Positions 14,586 to 24,000 of a stretch of 24,000 nucleotides of DNA are shown piece after piece (the stretch's first letter is position 1; each line of letters opens with the position of its first letter). The translations under genes and the position numbers were made by a program. The stretch lies in sequence record OQ221537.1. One strand, given 5' to 3'. This DNA is from Bacteroides phage PhiCrAssBcn2. The notes beneath the pieces are model-generated. The model worked only from the letters and a program-made list of their open reading frames with translations. It was not told the DNA's origin and did no database searches.

Positions 14586-14672
14586 CGCGAGGTAGTGTAA
14601 TGGCAACATGTGTGGCTCATAACCACAAGAAGCAGTAATACTGTGTTGGAAGTTCGAGTCTTCCCTTCGCAA
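14586..14672 (+). tRNA. tRNA with CAT anticodon, C1:A72-like end and extended variable arm
   Basis: CGCGAGG.../CTTCGCA; TGTGG-CTCATAA-CCACA; 20-nt variable region with CAGT-AAT-ACTG; GGAAG-TTCGAGT-CTTCC. Confidence 0.75.
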
Positions 14673-14691
14673 CTAAATTAAAGTGAATAAT

Positions 14692-14841
14692 ATGAAAGAG
14701 GAGAAGACATTAATCACTTGTATTATAGGCTCTACAGTTAGAGAAGTAATCAAGCAAGCTCAAGAGCTTGAAATTAAAAGAGAAGATATAGTAAGTATGT
14801 TTCCTTTAGGAGGACAGATTTACTTGGTATTTTATAAGTAA
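14692..14841 (+). CDS. small hypothetical protein
   Basis: 49 aa: MKEEKTLITCIIGSTVREVIKQAQELEIKREDIVSMFPLGGQIYLVFYK*; below the track's length cutoff. Confidence 0.5.
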   Translation: MKEEKTLITCIIGSTVREVIKQAQELEIKREDIVSMFPLGGQIYLVFYK

Positions 14842-14854
14842 AATAGCTGGCATT

Positions 14855-15103
14855 ATGGAAGAGAAAAAGACAAAAGAACCTCAGTACAATGAACCTAAGA
14901 TGATGTTACATCTTGCTATTTATAGTGCTGTTGGTAAATACAAGAGTATTAGAAGAGCTATCAGAAAAGGTCATGTAACATCTTGGGGAGAGGAAGTTCC
15001 AAAGAGACCTTTCAATAATAGAAAGAGGACCTCTGGTAGGGAGTTACAGATTACTAAAGAGAAGATTTATGGAGAACTTAAGTACAGAAGTCAAGCAGTT
15101 TGA
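14855..15103 (+). CDS. small basic hypothetical protein
   Basis: 82 aa ORF overlapping the next gene. Confidence 0.55.
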   Translation: MEEKKTKEPQYNEPKMMLHLAIYSAVGKYKSIRRAIRKGHVTSWGEEVPKRPFNNRKRTSGRELQITKEKIYGELKYRSQAV

Positions 15104-15302
15104 GCTTGAGACTCCCAAAGAAGAATATAATAATATACCAGTTGTATATTGTAAACATTGTCTTTCATTAGCAATAATGAATTTAGATGGCATAGATTAC
15201 TGTGACAAATGTGGTGGAACTGAGACTGGTGAGGCACACATACATGAATGGGAGAAAATGTATGGGCAAAAGTATGGTGGAAATTATCTAACAGAAAAAT
15301 AA
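15069..15302 (+). CDS. small zinc-ribbon-like protein
   Basis: 77 aa; VYCKHCLSLAIMNLDGIDYCDKCG (two CxxC). Confidence 0.65.
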   Translation: MENLSTEVKQFELETPKEEYNNIPVVYCKHCLSLAIMNLDGIDYCDKCGGTETGEAHIHEWEKMYGQKYGGNYLTEK

Positions 15303-15304
15303 AG

Positions 15305-15634
15305 ATGGAAGAGAAGAATAAAATGAAAGTTGTAAAGGGTGGCAAAGATACTCCAGAAGTGAGAAAGCTAAGTTATGAAGAACTGGAGAATACTGCACAT
15401 CAGTTGTCTGAACAAAGCAGACAGTTATATATGCAGAATCAGAAGTTAAGTCAGGCTTTACAAGAAGCTAATCTTGCTAACTTCTATGAAAGATTGAAGT
15501 GGCTATGGACAGTAATTACTTCTACTACACCTTATATCTCAGAGGAGTTCAAGCAGAAGTGTGGTGCAGAATTTGAAGTACTAATGACTCAACCTGAACA
15601 GGAACCTGAGGAAGAAGTAAAGGAAGGAGAATAA
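15305..15634 (+). CDS. coiled-coil hypothetical protein (start trimmed)
   Basis: Track ORF 15248..15634; ATG at 15305 avoids overlap with the upstream CDS. Confidence 0.65.
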   Translation: MEEKNKMKVVKGGKDTPEVRKLSYEELENTAHQLSEQSRQLYMQNQKLSQALQEANLANFYERLKWLWTVITSTTPYISEEFKQKCGAEFEVLMTQPEQEPEEEVKEGE

Positions 15635-15637
15635 ACT

Positions 15638-16021
15638 ATGGCTAAGCAAGTGGATTCAATAGTTAGGATTCCTTGCAAGGTAGATGGTAAGTTCTTTAGA
15701 TATTGGTTTGAATTCTTACAACCTTTTCATAACTTGACTGAGAGAGAAATGGATGTCATTACTTCATTTGTGAAGCAAAGATATGAACTCAGCAAGGTCA
15801 TTAAAGATAATGAGATACTTGATAAGGTTACTATGAGTGAAGATACTAAGAAGAAAGTAAGGGAAGAGTGTGATATATCTCTTCCTCACTTTCAAGTCAT
15901 CATGGGTAAGTTAAGAAAGAATAAGGTCATCATTGATGGGAAGATAAACCCAAGATACATTCCATCAGTAGATGAAGAGAATGGTTCATTCAAGATGATG
16001 TTATTATTTGATTTCTCATGA
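15638..16021 (+). CDS. crAss-like-phage-type conserved protein, possible HTH/DNA-binding
   Basis: 127 aa; helical region LTEREMDVITSFVKQRYELSK; next to the packaging module. Confidence 0.6.
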   Translation: MAKQVDSIVRIPCKVDGKFFRYWFEFLQPFHNLTEREMDVITSFVKQRYELSKVIKDNEILDKVTMSEDTKKKVREECDISLPHFQVIMGKLRKNKVIIDGKINPRYIPSVDEENGSFKMMLLFDFS

Positions 16022-16317
16022 TATACTCAGAAGCAATAAAACAGGTATCCATAGAACTTGGATTACCACCACAAGTGGTGAAGGAAGCCTATGAGTCCTA
16101 TTGGACTTTTATTAGGAATAACATCAAAGCCTTGCCTCTAAAGGAAGACCTAAGCAAAGAGGAGTTTGATAAGTTGAGAACCAATTTCAATGTCCCATCA
16201 TTAGGTAAATTATCCTGTACCTATGATAGGTTTATAGGAATCAAGAAAAGATTAAAATATTTAAATAAGCTAAAAGATGATTACAACAATAAAGAAGGTG
16301 AAGCCCATGTTCAATAA
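16018..16317 (+). CDS. hypothetical conserved phage protein
   Basis: 99 aa; 4-nt start/stop overlap (ATGA) with the upstream gene. Confidence 0.65.
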   Translation: MIYSEAIKQVSIELGLPPQVVKEAYESYWTFIRNNIKALPLKEDLSKEEFDKLRTNFNVPSLGKLSCTYDRFIGIKKRLKYLNKLKDDYNNKEGEAHVQ

Positions 16318-16687
16318 CATGGTAGTCACTTTAAATAAATATCCTACTGACCTAAAGACTACTGGTGGTATTATAGATAGTACCAGAGCTGGTTCAGTAA
16401 AAGAATATCAGACAGTAGTAGCTGTTGGACCAATGGTGAGGGGTATTGAAGTAGGAGATATAGTATATATCAATCCAAAAAGATATGCAGTAATGCAACA
16501 TAAACCCGGCTCATTGCAAGATGGTGTTATTAAAGATAATCCTGTAGTAGGATATAAGTTTGACATCATGGAGATTGATGGAGTTGAGCACATGATGATT
16601 CAAGATGGAGATGTAAAATTTGTAGCAGAGATTGAGGAATTTGAAGAAAATCCTACTATTGTTACAGGACCACAACTTATAGTATAA
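16277..16687 (+). CDS. GroES-like co-chaperonin
   Basis: 136 aa; KKVKPMFNNMVVTLNKYPTDLKTTGGIIDST, VVAVGPMVRGIEVGDIVYINP resemble the Cpn10 fold. Confidence 0.65.
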   Translation: MITTIKKVKPMFNNMVVTLNKYPTDLKTTGGIIDSTRAGSVKEYQTVVAVGPMVRGIEVGDIVYINPKRYAVMQHKPGSLQDGVIKDNPVVGYKFDIMEIDGVEHMMIQDGDVKFVAEIEEFEENPTIVTGPQLIV

Positions 16688-16737
16688 ATATAAGCCTGAG
16701 CCTATCAAAGGCTTGGGCTTTTTTAGTTTTAAGCAGT

Positions 16738-17265
16738 ATGAGATTATTTAAAAGAGATGGTTATAATCTGGTTATATCTGATGAAGCCTATGCTTTAAAA
16801 GCATTCAGGCAGATATGGAATAGAGATAAATCTCTCTCAAAAGAGAGAGCTATTACAGAGCTTGGATATTGTTACTTTATGGAGGACTCCAGAAGTGATT
16901 ACAAGTATATAATAGATGAGCAGGAGAGGAAAGAAGCTATTAAGCAAGGTGAAGGTATGAAGGATAACTGGGAACCTGATACTACTGTGAAAGAAGCTCA
17001 AGCATTATATGCAAGTTTTAAGACTACTTCTGAGCTATTACTTGATGATACAAGGATGCTTGTAGATAAGTATAGAATGAAGTTAAGGAGTATGGACTTA
17101 ACTGAACTTGATATAAAGGAGACCAAGGAATTAGGTGCTATTATTAAACTTATACCATCAATGGTTAAGGACTTAGATGAAGCTGAAAGAGCTATTGCTA
17201 AGGAATTGGCACAGAATGATAAGGTAAGAGGAGCACAGGAAAAAGCAATATATGAAGACTTATAG
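16738..17265 (+). CDS. hypothetical protein upstream of TerL (possible small terminase or packaging protein)
   Basis: 175 aa helical protein, position immediately upstream in the packaging module; ends in TAG. Confidence 0.6.
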   Translation: MRLFKRDGYNLVISDEAYALKAFRQIWNRDKSLSKERAITELGYCYFMEDSRSDYKYIIDEQERKEAIKQGEGMKDNWEPDTTVKEAQALYASFKTTSELLLDDTRMLVDKYRMKLRSMDLTELDIKETKELGAIIKLIPSMVKDLDEAERAIAKELAQNDKVRGAQEKAIYEDL

Positions 17266-17267
17266 TT

Positions 17268-17579
17268 ATGGAAATGAATGATATAATAGAAGGACTTAAT
17301 GTGTATTATGAAGGTTTTCCTAACAGGAGGAAGGGATACTTTGTATTACATAAAATAGTAGATAGTAACCCTGTAGTTAAGTCACAGAAGACTTATAGAA
17401 TGCAAGTTTGGTTTGTAAGTGGGAAGGAAAAGATACCTGCATTTGGTGCTCAGTACTCTAATAGAGTTGTTACTGATGCAGAAGAAACTAAAGTCTTATC
17501 TCTCCTAACCACTTCTATTACCAAATCTCTTCTGGAGTATATTAATAAGCAAGATTTTAAGGAGTTATGCAATATTTAG
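17268..17579 (+). CDS. hypothetical protein
   Basis: 103 aa, ends in TAG overlapping the TerL start region. Confidence 0.6.
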   Translation: MEMNDIIEGLNVYYEGFPNRRKGYFVLHKIVDSNPVVKSQKTYRMQVWFVSGKEKIPAFGAQYSNRVVTDAEETKVLSLLTTSITKSLLEYINKQDFKELCNI

Positions 17580-19840
17580 AAATGAATAAGTATCAAACTG
17601 AACTAACTGAGGAACTAATGAATACCCTTCCTCAGGAGGTTCAGGAACAATTACTTGAGACTCTTACTACAGTAGAGTTTGTCAAGAGGCTTATATCTCC
17701 CAACAGACCTTATGCAAGAGATTTACCAAAAGATGAAAAGGGTAGGATTATAGTAGATATTACTAATCCTCACATCATTGAGGATGCTGATTATTTCAGG
17801 CAACCAGCTCTACATTTCTTGAAATATGGGTGTTATACTTTCTTGAAACCTAACAGTAATCCTAACTCTGAGTTCAGGAGACACTGGGATGAAGAAAAGA
17901 GAAGATGCTATGAAGGTTATGTGAGAGAATCAGATGGAGAATGGGTTACAGGCTTTAACTATTGGTTTATGAATTATTGTCCTATGATGGTTAATAAACT
18001 GATAGAAGGAAGAAAGAAGGCTATCAGAACTGAGGCTTTTCCATTCTTCTTTGAGGGTATATACTGGAGATTTCATTATCTATGGCAAGCAAGAGAAGGT
18101 GGTAAACATGCTATTGAATTAGCAAAGAGAGGATGTGCTAAGTCTTATAGCTTAGCAGCAATTATGAGCCATAATCTTATACTTGGAGAGAGTGAAGAAT
18201 CAAATAGAAGGGTTATTACAGTACTTACAGCTTATCAGAAGGAATATCTGAAAGATGACAAGGATGGTACTCTGTCTAAGTTCAAGCCTTCAATTAACTT
18301 TAGCTTTGCTAATACTCCTTTCCCACATCTTATGCTAAAGAACTCTCCTAATGAGATGTCTTGGCAAATGGGTTATAAGGATGAATATGGGGTAGAGAAA
18401 GGCTCTCTAAATCAAGTACTTGCTGTATCTGCAAAGGATGATAGTGAGAAGTTGAGGGGTAAGAGAGGTTGGATTCTATTTGAGGAAATGGGTTCTTTTA
18501 AAGGATTGCTTTCTCTTTATGATATTACCAGAAAGTCTGTAGAGGATGGTGACTATACTTTTGCTACTATGTACCTTGTAGGTACTGCTGCTGAGAGTGA
18601 GTCTGACTTTAGTTCAGCTAAGACTTTACTTTATAATCCAGATGGTTATAATATATTGTCTATAGATAATGTATTTGACAGACCAAAGCAAGGTAAACCT
18701 AAGTTTGGTTTCTTCTTTCCCTCATATATTAATAGGGCAGGATGTTATAATAAGGATGGTGTATCAGATGTGGTTAAGGCTTTAATTGAAATTCTTATTG
18801 CAAGATATAAGGCTAAATATAGTGCTGACCCTAAATCAGTATTGAGAGTAATTGCTGAGGACCCTATTACACCAGCAGAAGCTATTATTAAGGTTAAGGC
18901 AGCATACTTCCCTATTACTGCTCTTACAGAAAGATTAAGTCAATTAGACCAAGATGCACATGCTTATGATGATGTATATGTAGGTAAGTTGGTGCAGAAT
19001 AGTAATGGAGTTGAGTTTACCCCAACCAGTGATGTACCTATCAGAAAGTTTGGAGTAGAGAATGATACTCCGGGTGCTATTGAAATCTTTGAAATGCCAG
19101 AGAAAGATAGAAATGAAAAGGTTCCCCACACAAGATATATTATTGGTCATGACCCTGTAGATAATGACCAAGCTGAATCTTCCTCTCTCTCTTCTACCTT
19201 TGTTCTTGACTTATGGACTGATAAGATTGTAGCTGAGTACACTGGTAGGCAATCATTTGCAGATGATAACTTTGAGATAGTAAGATTACTATGCCTGTTC
19301 TATAATGCAAAATGCCTGTATGAATCAAATAAGAAGGGTATATTTGCTTACTTTAGTAAGATGAATTGTACTCACTTACTGGCTGATACTCCAGAGTTCT
19401 TAAGAGACAAACAGTTGATTAAGTATAGTTCATTTGGTTCTAATGCTAAAGGTGTTAATGCCTCAGCAGCTATTAATGCTTATGCCAATAATCTTATAAG
19501 AGATTGGCTGATGAAGCCTGTAACTATTATACAGAATGTTGATGGAGAGGATGTAGAAGTAACTGTTTATAACCTTAACTTCTTAAGAAACAGAGCATTA
19601 ATTGAAGAGTTGATTGCATTTAACCCAGAGATAAATGTGGATAGAATTAGGGCATTAGGTATGGTTATGTTATATAGAGAGGATAAGATGGTCCTATATC
19701 AAGGAAACCCTTCAAGAGACTCAGGAGAAGTACCAAAAGATTATTTAGGGAATGATAAGTTCTTTACTGAGAATTACAGGGCAGTACAAGCCCCTTTCCA
19801 GAAACCCAGTAAATTTAGTACAGAAGATGCAATTAGATAA
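17567..19840 (+). CDS. terL: terminase large subunit
   Basis: 757 aa; ATPase region GGKHAIELAKRGCAKSYSLAA with Walker-A-like RGCAKS, Walker-B-like GWILFEEMG, nuclease-like YIIGHDPVDND. Start could be 17582. Confidence 0.88.
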   Translation: MQYLEMNKYQTELTEELMNTLPQEVQEQLLETLTTVEFVKRLISPNRPYARDLPKDEKGRIIVDITNPHIIEDADYFRQPALHFLKYGCYTFLKPNSNPNSEFRRHWDEEKRRCYEGYVRESDGEWVTGFNYWFMNYCPMMVNKLIEGRKKAIRTEAFPFFFEGIYWRFHYLWQAREGGKHAIELAKRGCAKSYSLAAIMSHNLILGESEESNRRVITVLTAYQKEYLKDDKDGTLSKFKPSINFSFANTPFPHLMLKNSPNEMSWQMGYKDEYGVEKGSLNQVLAVSAKDDSEKLRGKRGWILFEEMGSFKGLLSLYDITRKSVEDGDYTFATMYLVGTAAESESDFSSAKTLLYNPDGYNILSIDNVFDRPKQGKPKFGFFFPSYINRAGCYNKDGVSDVVKALIEILIARYKAKYSADPKSVLRVIAEDPITPAEAIIKVKAAYFPITALTERLSQLDQDAHAYDDVYVGKLVQNSNGVEFTPTSDVPIRKFGVENDTPGAIEIFEMPEKDRNEKVPHTRYIIGHDPVDNDQAESSSLSSTFVLDLWTDKIVAEYTGRQSFADDNFEIVRLLCLFYNAKCLYESNKKGIFAYFSKMNCTHLLADTPEFLRDKQLIKYSSFGSNAKGVNASAAINAYANNLIRDWLMKPVTIIQNVDGEDVEVTVYNLNFLRNRALIEELIAFNPEINVDRIRALGMVMLYREDKMVLYQGNPSRDSGEVPKDYLGNDKFFTENYRAVQAPFQKPSKFSTEDAIR

Positions 19841-19913
19841 ACAAATCACTTATGTGCTTGACTAAATGGACTTTTTTACTTACTTTTGTCACAAAATTAA
19901 ATGATGGAAGACT

Positions 19914-22334
19914 ATGGCAGATTTTTTAAACTTTCCCAGACAGATGCTTCCTTTCTCTAAGAAGACTAAGCAATGGAGAAAGGATTGTCTGTTGTGGGCT
20001 AATCAGAAGACATTCTTCAATTATAGCTTGGTTAGGAAGTCAGTAATCCATAAAAAGATAAACTATGACTTACTTAATGGTAGGCTACACATGTCAGACT
20101 TAGAACTGGTACTCAACCCAGATGGTATAAAAGCAGCTTACATTCCTGATAGGTTACAACATTATCCTATCATGAATAGTAAGTTGAATGTACTTAGGGG
20201 TGAGGAAAGTAAGAGAGTATTTGACTTTAAGGTTGTAGTAACTAATCCAAATGCTATCTCAGAAATAGAGGATAATAAGAAGAATGAGCTATTACAAAGG
20301 CTTCAAGAAATGATAACTGACACCTCAATATCTGAGGATGAATACAATATCAAACTTGAGAAACTAAATGACTATTATACCTATGAATGGCAGGATATAA
20401 GAGAGGTAAGAGCAAATGAATTGCTTAACCATTATATAAAGGAATATGACATTCCTCTTATATTCAATAATGGTTTCATGGATGCAATGACATGTGGTGA
20501 GGAAATCTATCAATGTGATATTGTAGGTGGAGAACCAGTCATTGAGAGAGTGAACCCATTAAAGATTAGGATATTCAAGTCTGGGTACAGTAATAAGGTG
20601 GAAGATGCTGACATGATAATCCTTGAGGATTATTGGTCTCCGGGTAGAGTAATAGATACATATTATGATGTACTATCTCCAAAGGACATAAAGTATATTG
20701 AAACTATGCCTGATTATATAGGTCAGGGAGCTGTTGACCAAATGGATAATATTGATGAAAGATATGGATTTGTCAATCAGAATATGATTGGTGATGAAAT
20801 AACTGTCAGAGATGGAACCTATTTCTTTGACCCAGCTAATCTATTTACAGAAGGTATAGCAAATTCATTACTTCCTTATGACTTGGCAGGTAATCTTAGA
20901 GTACTGAGACTATACTGGAAATCAAAAAGGAAGATACTTAAGGTTAAATCTTATGACCCTGAAACTGGTGAGGAGGAATGGAACTTCTATCCTGAGAATT
21001 ATGTAGTAGATAAGGAAGCAGGAGAAGAGGTACAGTCATTCTGGGTTAATGAAGCATGGGAAGGAACTATGATTGGCAATGAGATATTTGTCAATATGAG
21101 ACCAAGATTGATTCAATATAATAGGTTGAATAATCCTTCAAGATGTCACTTTGGTATTGTAGGTTCAATCTATAATTTGAATGATAGCAGACCATTCTCA
21201 TTAGTAGACATGATGAAGCCATATAACTACTTATATGATGCTATTCATGATAGACTGAATAAAGCTATTGCTTCAAACTGGGGTTCTATCTTAGAGCTTG
21301 ACTTATCTAAAGTTCCTAAAGGATGGGATGTTGGTAAGTGGATGTACTATGCAAGAGTAAACCATATTGCAGTTATAGATAGTTTCAAGGAAGGTACTAT
21401 AGGAGCCTCTACAGGTAAGCTGGCAGGTGCTCTTAATAATGCTGGAAAGGGAATGATTGAAACTAATATAGGTAACTACATTCAGCAACAGATTAACCTT
21501 CTTGAGTTTATTAAGATGGAAATGGCTGAGGTTGCAGGTATATCTAAGCAAAGAGAAGGTCAGGTATCTCAAAGAGAAACTGTAGGTGGAGTTGAGAGAG
21601 CTACTCTTCAATCAAGTCATATTACTGAGTGGTTATTTACTATCCATGATGATGTGAAGAAGAGAGCTTTAGAGTGTTTCTTAGAGACTGCAAAGGTAGC
21701 TTTGAAAGGAAGAAACAAGAAGTTCCAGTACATCTTATCAGATACATCTACAAGAGTAATGGAGATTGATGGTGATGAGTTTGCTGAGGCTGACTATGGT
21801 TTAGTTGTAGATAATAGTAATGGAACTCAAGAGCTTCAACAGAAGTTAGATACTTTGGCTCAGGCTGCATTACAGACTCAAACTTTATCATTCTCTACTA
21901 TCACTAAGCTCTATACATCTTCAAGTTTAGCTGAAAAGCAAAGACTGATTGAGAAAGATGAAAAGCAGATTAGAGAAAGACAAGCACAGGCTCAGAAGGA
22001 ACAACTTGAAGCTCAACAGCAGATAGCTGCTATGCAGCAACAACAGAAAGAGGCAGAACTTCTCCAGAAGGAAGAAGCTAATATAAGAGATAATCAGACT
22101 AAGATAATAATAGCTCAGATACAATCAGAAGGAGGACCAGATGAAGAAGATGGAATTATGATTGATGATTATAGTCCAGAAGCTAAAGCTAATCTTGCTG
22201 AAAAGATAAGAGAGTTTGATGAAAAACTTAAACTTGATAAGGACAAATTGAAGCTGGATAAAAAGAAAGCTGAAACTGATGCAAGCATAAAGAGACAAGC
22301 TCTGAGAAAGAAAAGTAGTACAACTAATAAATAA
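19914..22334 (+). CDS. portal protein
   Basis: 806 aa directly after terL; size, order and Gln/Glu/Lys-rich C-terminal coiled coil fit a crAss-like portal. Confidence 0.8.
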   Translation: MADFLNFPRQMLPFSKKTKQWRKDCLLWANQKTFFNYSLVRKSVIHKKINYDLLNGRLHMSDLELVLNPDGIKAAYIPDRLQHYPIMNSKLNVLRGEESKRVFDFKVVVTNPNAISEIEDNKKNELLQRLQEMITDTSISEDEYNIKLEKLNDYYTYEWQDIREVRANELLNHYIKEYDIPLIFNNGFMDAMTCGEEIYQCDIVGGEPVIERVNPLKIRIFKSGYSNKVEDADMIILEDYWSPGRVIDTYYDVLSPKDIKYIETMPDYIGQGAVDQMDNIDERYGFVNQNMIGDEITVRDGTYFFDPANLFTEGIANSLLPYDLAGNLRVLRLYWKSKRKILKVKSYDPETGEEEWNFYPENYVVDKEAGEEVQSFWVNEAWEGTMIGNEIFVNMRPRLIQYNRLNNPSRCHFGIVGSIYNLNDSRPFSLVDMMKPYNYLYDAIHDRLNKAIASNWGSILELDLSKVPKGWDVGKWMYYARVNHIAVIDSFKEGTIGASTGKLAGALNNAGKGMIETNIGNYIQQQINLLEFIKMEMAEVAGISKQREGQVSQRETVGGVERATLQSSHITEWLFTIHDDVKKRALECFLETAKVALKGRNKKFQYILSDTSTRVMEIDGDEFAEADYGLVVDNSNGTQELQQKLDTLAQAALQTQTLSFSTITKLYTSSSLAEKQRLIEKDEKQIRERQAQAQKEQLEAQQQIAAMQQQQKEAELLQKEEANIRDNQTKIIIAQIQSEGGPDEEDGIMIDDYSPEAKANLAEKIREFDEKLKLDKDKLKLDKKKAETDASIKRQALRKKSSTTNK

Positions 22335-22339
22335 AAGAT

Positions 22340-22633
22340 ATGAAGACACTAAGAACTTTGAAGATAAGCCCTAATGCACCTGATATTAACTCAGTATGGC
22401 TGTATAAAGGTACAATGAAGTATTTTAATAATGGTGAATGGGAGACTATAGGAGGTGAATCAGAACCTTATGTTCTTCCTGCTGCAACTACAAGTACAAT
22501 AGGTGGTGTAAAGAAGGCTACTAATGTAGGTAATTTAGCTACTGGAGCTGAGTTAGCAACAGTAGTTACTAAGGTGAATGCAATTCTGTCTGCATTAAAG
22601 GTGGCAGATATAATGGTTGAAGATGAAAACTAA
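22340..22633 (+). CDS. small virion or tail-associated protein
   Basis: 97 aa: ...LPAATTSTIGGVKKATNVGNLATGAELATVVTKVNAIL...; STIGGVK-type repeat typical of tail-fibre-associated proteins. Confidence 0.65.
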   Translation: MKTLRTLKISPNAPDINSVWLYKGTMKYFNNGEWETIGGESEPYVLPAATTSTIGGVKKATNVGNLATGAELATVVTKVNAILSALKVADIMVEDEN

Positions 22634-22639
22634 TATACT

Positions 22640-24000
22640 ATGTTTTTTACACAAGAAGATTATAGAAAGATAGAGAAGTGGTTCTTAGCAAATAGTAGGA
22701 AAGATACTGACTTTGCTGGGGCAGCCACCCCTCTTAAAGGAAATGAAACTGTAGTTCTTGTACAGAATGGTAAGAATGTAAAGGCATCAGTGAAAGATGT
22801 AGTTGAGCAACTATTTCTTCTTGGTGTATCTGACTTTGTGAACATTACTGATAAGTATGGTGAGAGTTATATTTCACTATCTCAAGCTATAGAATTAATT
22901 CCTTATAGAAGTAGAAAGATTGGTCAGGTAGTTACTTTCTTGGATGATACTGGAAAATGGGCTATGTTCCAATTCCAAGGTACAAGGAAGAATCAGTGGG
23001 GTACTTTATCTCTTTGGGTTGATTTGATAGACCTTATGACAGGTCTTACTATCACAGATAGTGAAGATATTGTTACTGAGACTAATAGTGCAAATCAAGT
23101 AGCTCTTAAGTTTGCAGATAAAACTTATAATGAAGCTGACTACTCAGGTTTAGGCAGAGTATATCTTAGAAAGAATATTGTAAATGTTGAAGACCCTGTA
23201 ACTGGTAATATAGTTACTATGAACTACTTACAGCAGTCAATGATTTCTAAAGAGAATACTATCTATATCATTCAGTATGACTACAATTTGAATGGTCAAA
23301 CTATCACTATTCCAAGTGGGTGTGTACTCAAGTTTGAAGGAGGGAGTATAAGTAATGGTTCTATAAAGGGCACAGATACTAATATAATAGCTCCTCAAAT
23401 TAGAATATTTAATACTATCTTATTATCTGGTACTTGGAAAGTTAGAGATATATTTGATGATTGGTTTGACTTTAATGCTACTACCAATTTTGATAATATC
23501 AATAATTTCTATAATATATCCATATTACAATCAGATGATTTGGAGAATAATGTAATTCTTAAAGGGAACTATTATAGTTCTCTTAAAGATGGAATAGTTT
23601 TGTCCTTATCTTCTAATACCAATTTAGTACTTAATGGTAGTATTAGCTTGCTTCCTAATAACCTATCTTCATATTCTATAATAAAAGGAGTTGATAAGGA
23701 AAATATTAAAATAAGTGGAGGAGGAAGACTAATTGGAGATTTACAAAATCACTTAGGTAATACTGGAGAATGGGGATTTGGTATTAGTTTCACAGGTTGT
23801 AAAACTATATCAATAACTAATATTGATAGTTCTTATATGTGGGGAGATGGCTTATATATTGGGGCATCAGATGATACAGAAGAGGAGACACTATCTCAAA
23901 ACATACAAGTAAATAATTGTAAATTTGAATATAATAGAAGACAAGGTATATCTATTACAGGAGCTGTTGATGTATTTGTTAACAATTGTTATTTCTTTAA
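22640..24000 (+). CDS. tail fibre/spike-like protein with a right-handed beta-helix, partial
   Basis: Open to the window edge: MFFTQEDYRKIEKWFLANSRKDTDF... then TITIPSGCVLKFEGGSISNGSIKG...NIKISGGGRLIG...ISITNIDSSYMWGDGLYIG. Not in the track because it has no stop in the window. Confidence 0.78.
   Translation, partial: MFFTQEDYRKIEKWFLANSRKDTDFAGAATPLKGNETVVLVQNGKNVKASVKDVVEQLFLLGVSDFVNITDKYGESYISLSQAIELIPYRSRKIGQVVTFLDDTGKWAMFQFQGTRKNQWGTLSLWVDLIDLMTGLTITDSEDIVTETNSANQVALKFADKTYNEADYSGLGRVYLRKNIVNVEDPVTGNIVTMNYLQQSMISKENTIYIIQYDYNLNGQTITIPSGCVLKFEGGSISNGSIKGTDTNIIAPQIRIFNTILLSGTWKVRDIFDDWFDFNATTNFDNINNFYNISILQSDDLENNVILKGNYYSSLKDGIVLSLSSNTNLVLNGSISLLPNNLSSYSIIKGVDKENIKISGGGRLIGDLQNHLGNTGEWGFGISFTGCKTISITNIDSSYMWGDGLYIGASDDTEEETLSQNIQVNNCKFEYNRRQGISITGAVDVFVNNCYFF

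Noticed and set aside
21303-22349. Minus-strand ORFs of 102, 65 and 74 aa
   Set aside because: Antisense to the portal gene; Ser/Leu/Phe-rich low-complexity products from shadow frames.

Overview
This window looks like part of a crAss-like (Bacteroidales-type) tailed phage genome, AT-rich with a divergent layout. Minus-strand accessory or early genes fill about 1-9.42 kb; plus-strand genes run from about 9.6 kb into a late/structural module. The late module has a GroES-like protein, TerL (17567-19840), a portal-like protein (19914-22334) and a partial beta-helix tail protein (22640 to the edge). A hand-decoded plus-strand array of 25 tRNA genes (11013-14672) covers all 20 amino acids. TAA, TAG and TGA are all used as ordinary stops, so I see no stop-codon recoding here. 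The most unusual content is: (1) a TROVE/vWA (Ro60/Rsr-like) gene with two oversized tRNA-like RNAs (139 and 144 nt) directly downstream, whose insertions share a 13-nt block; they could be Y-RNA-like RNAs or intron-bearing tRNAs; (2) a tRNA-like gene with a 25-nt anticodon loop beside about 0.9 kb of structure-rich non-coding DNA; (3) a separate structured non-coding segment at 10.02-10.30 kb; (4) aberrant tRNAs in the array: Tyr without a D arm, Leu(UAA) without a long variable arm, and a CAU tRNA with C1:A72 and an extended variable arm; (5) a small 2H-phosphoesterase-like protein; (6) a ferredoxin-thioredoxin-reductase-like Fe-S protein embedded in the array. All helices and anticodons were folded by eye; none was scored by software.
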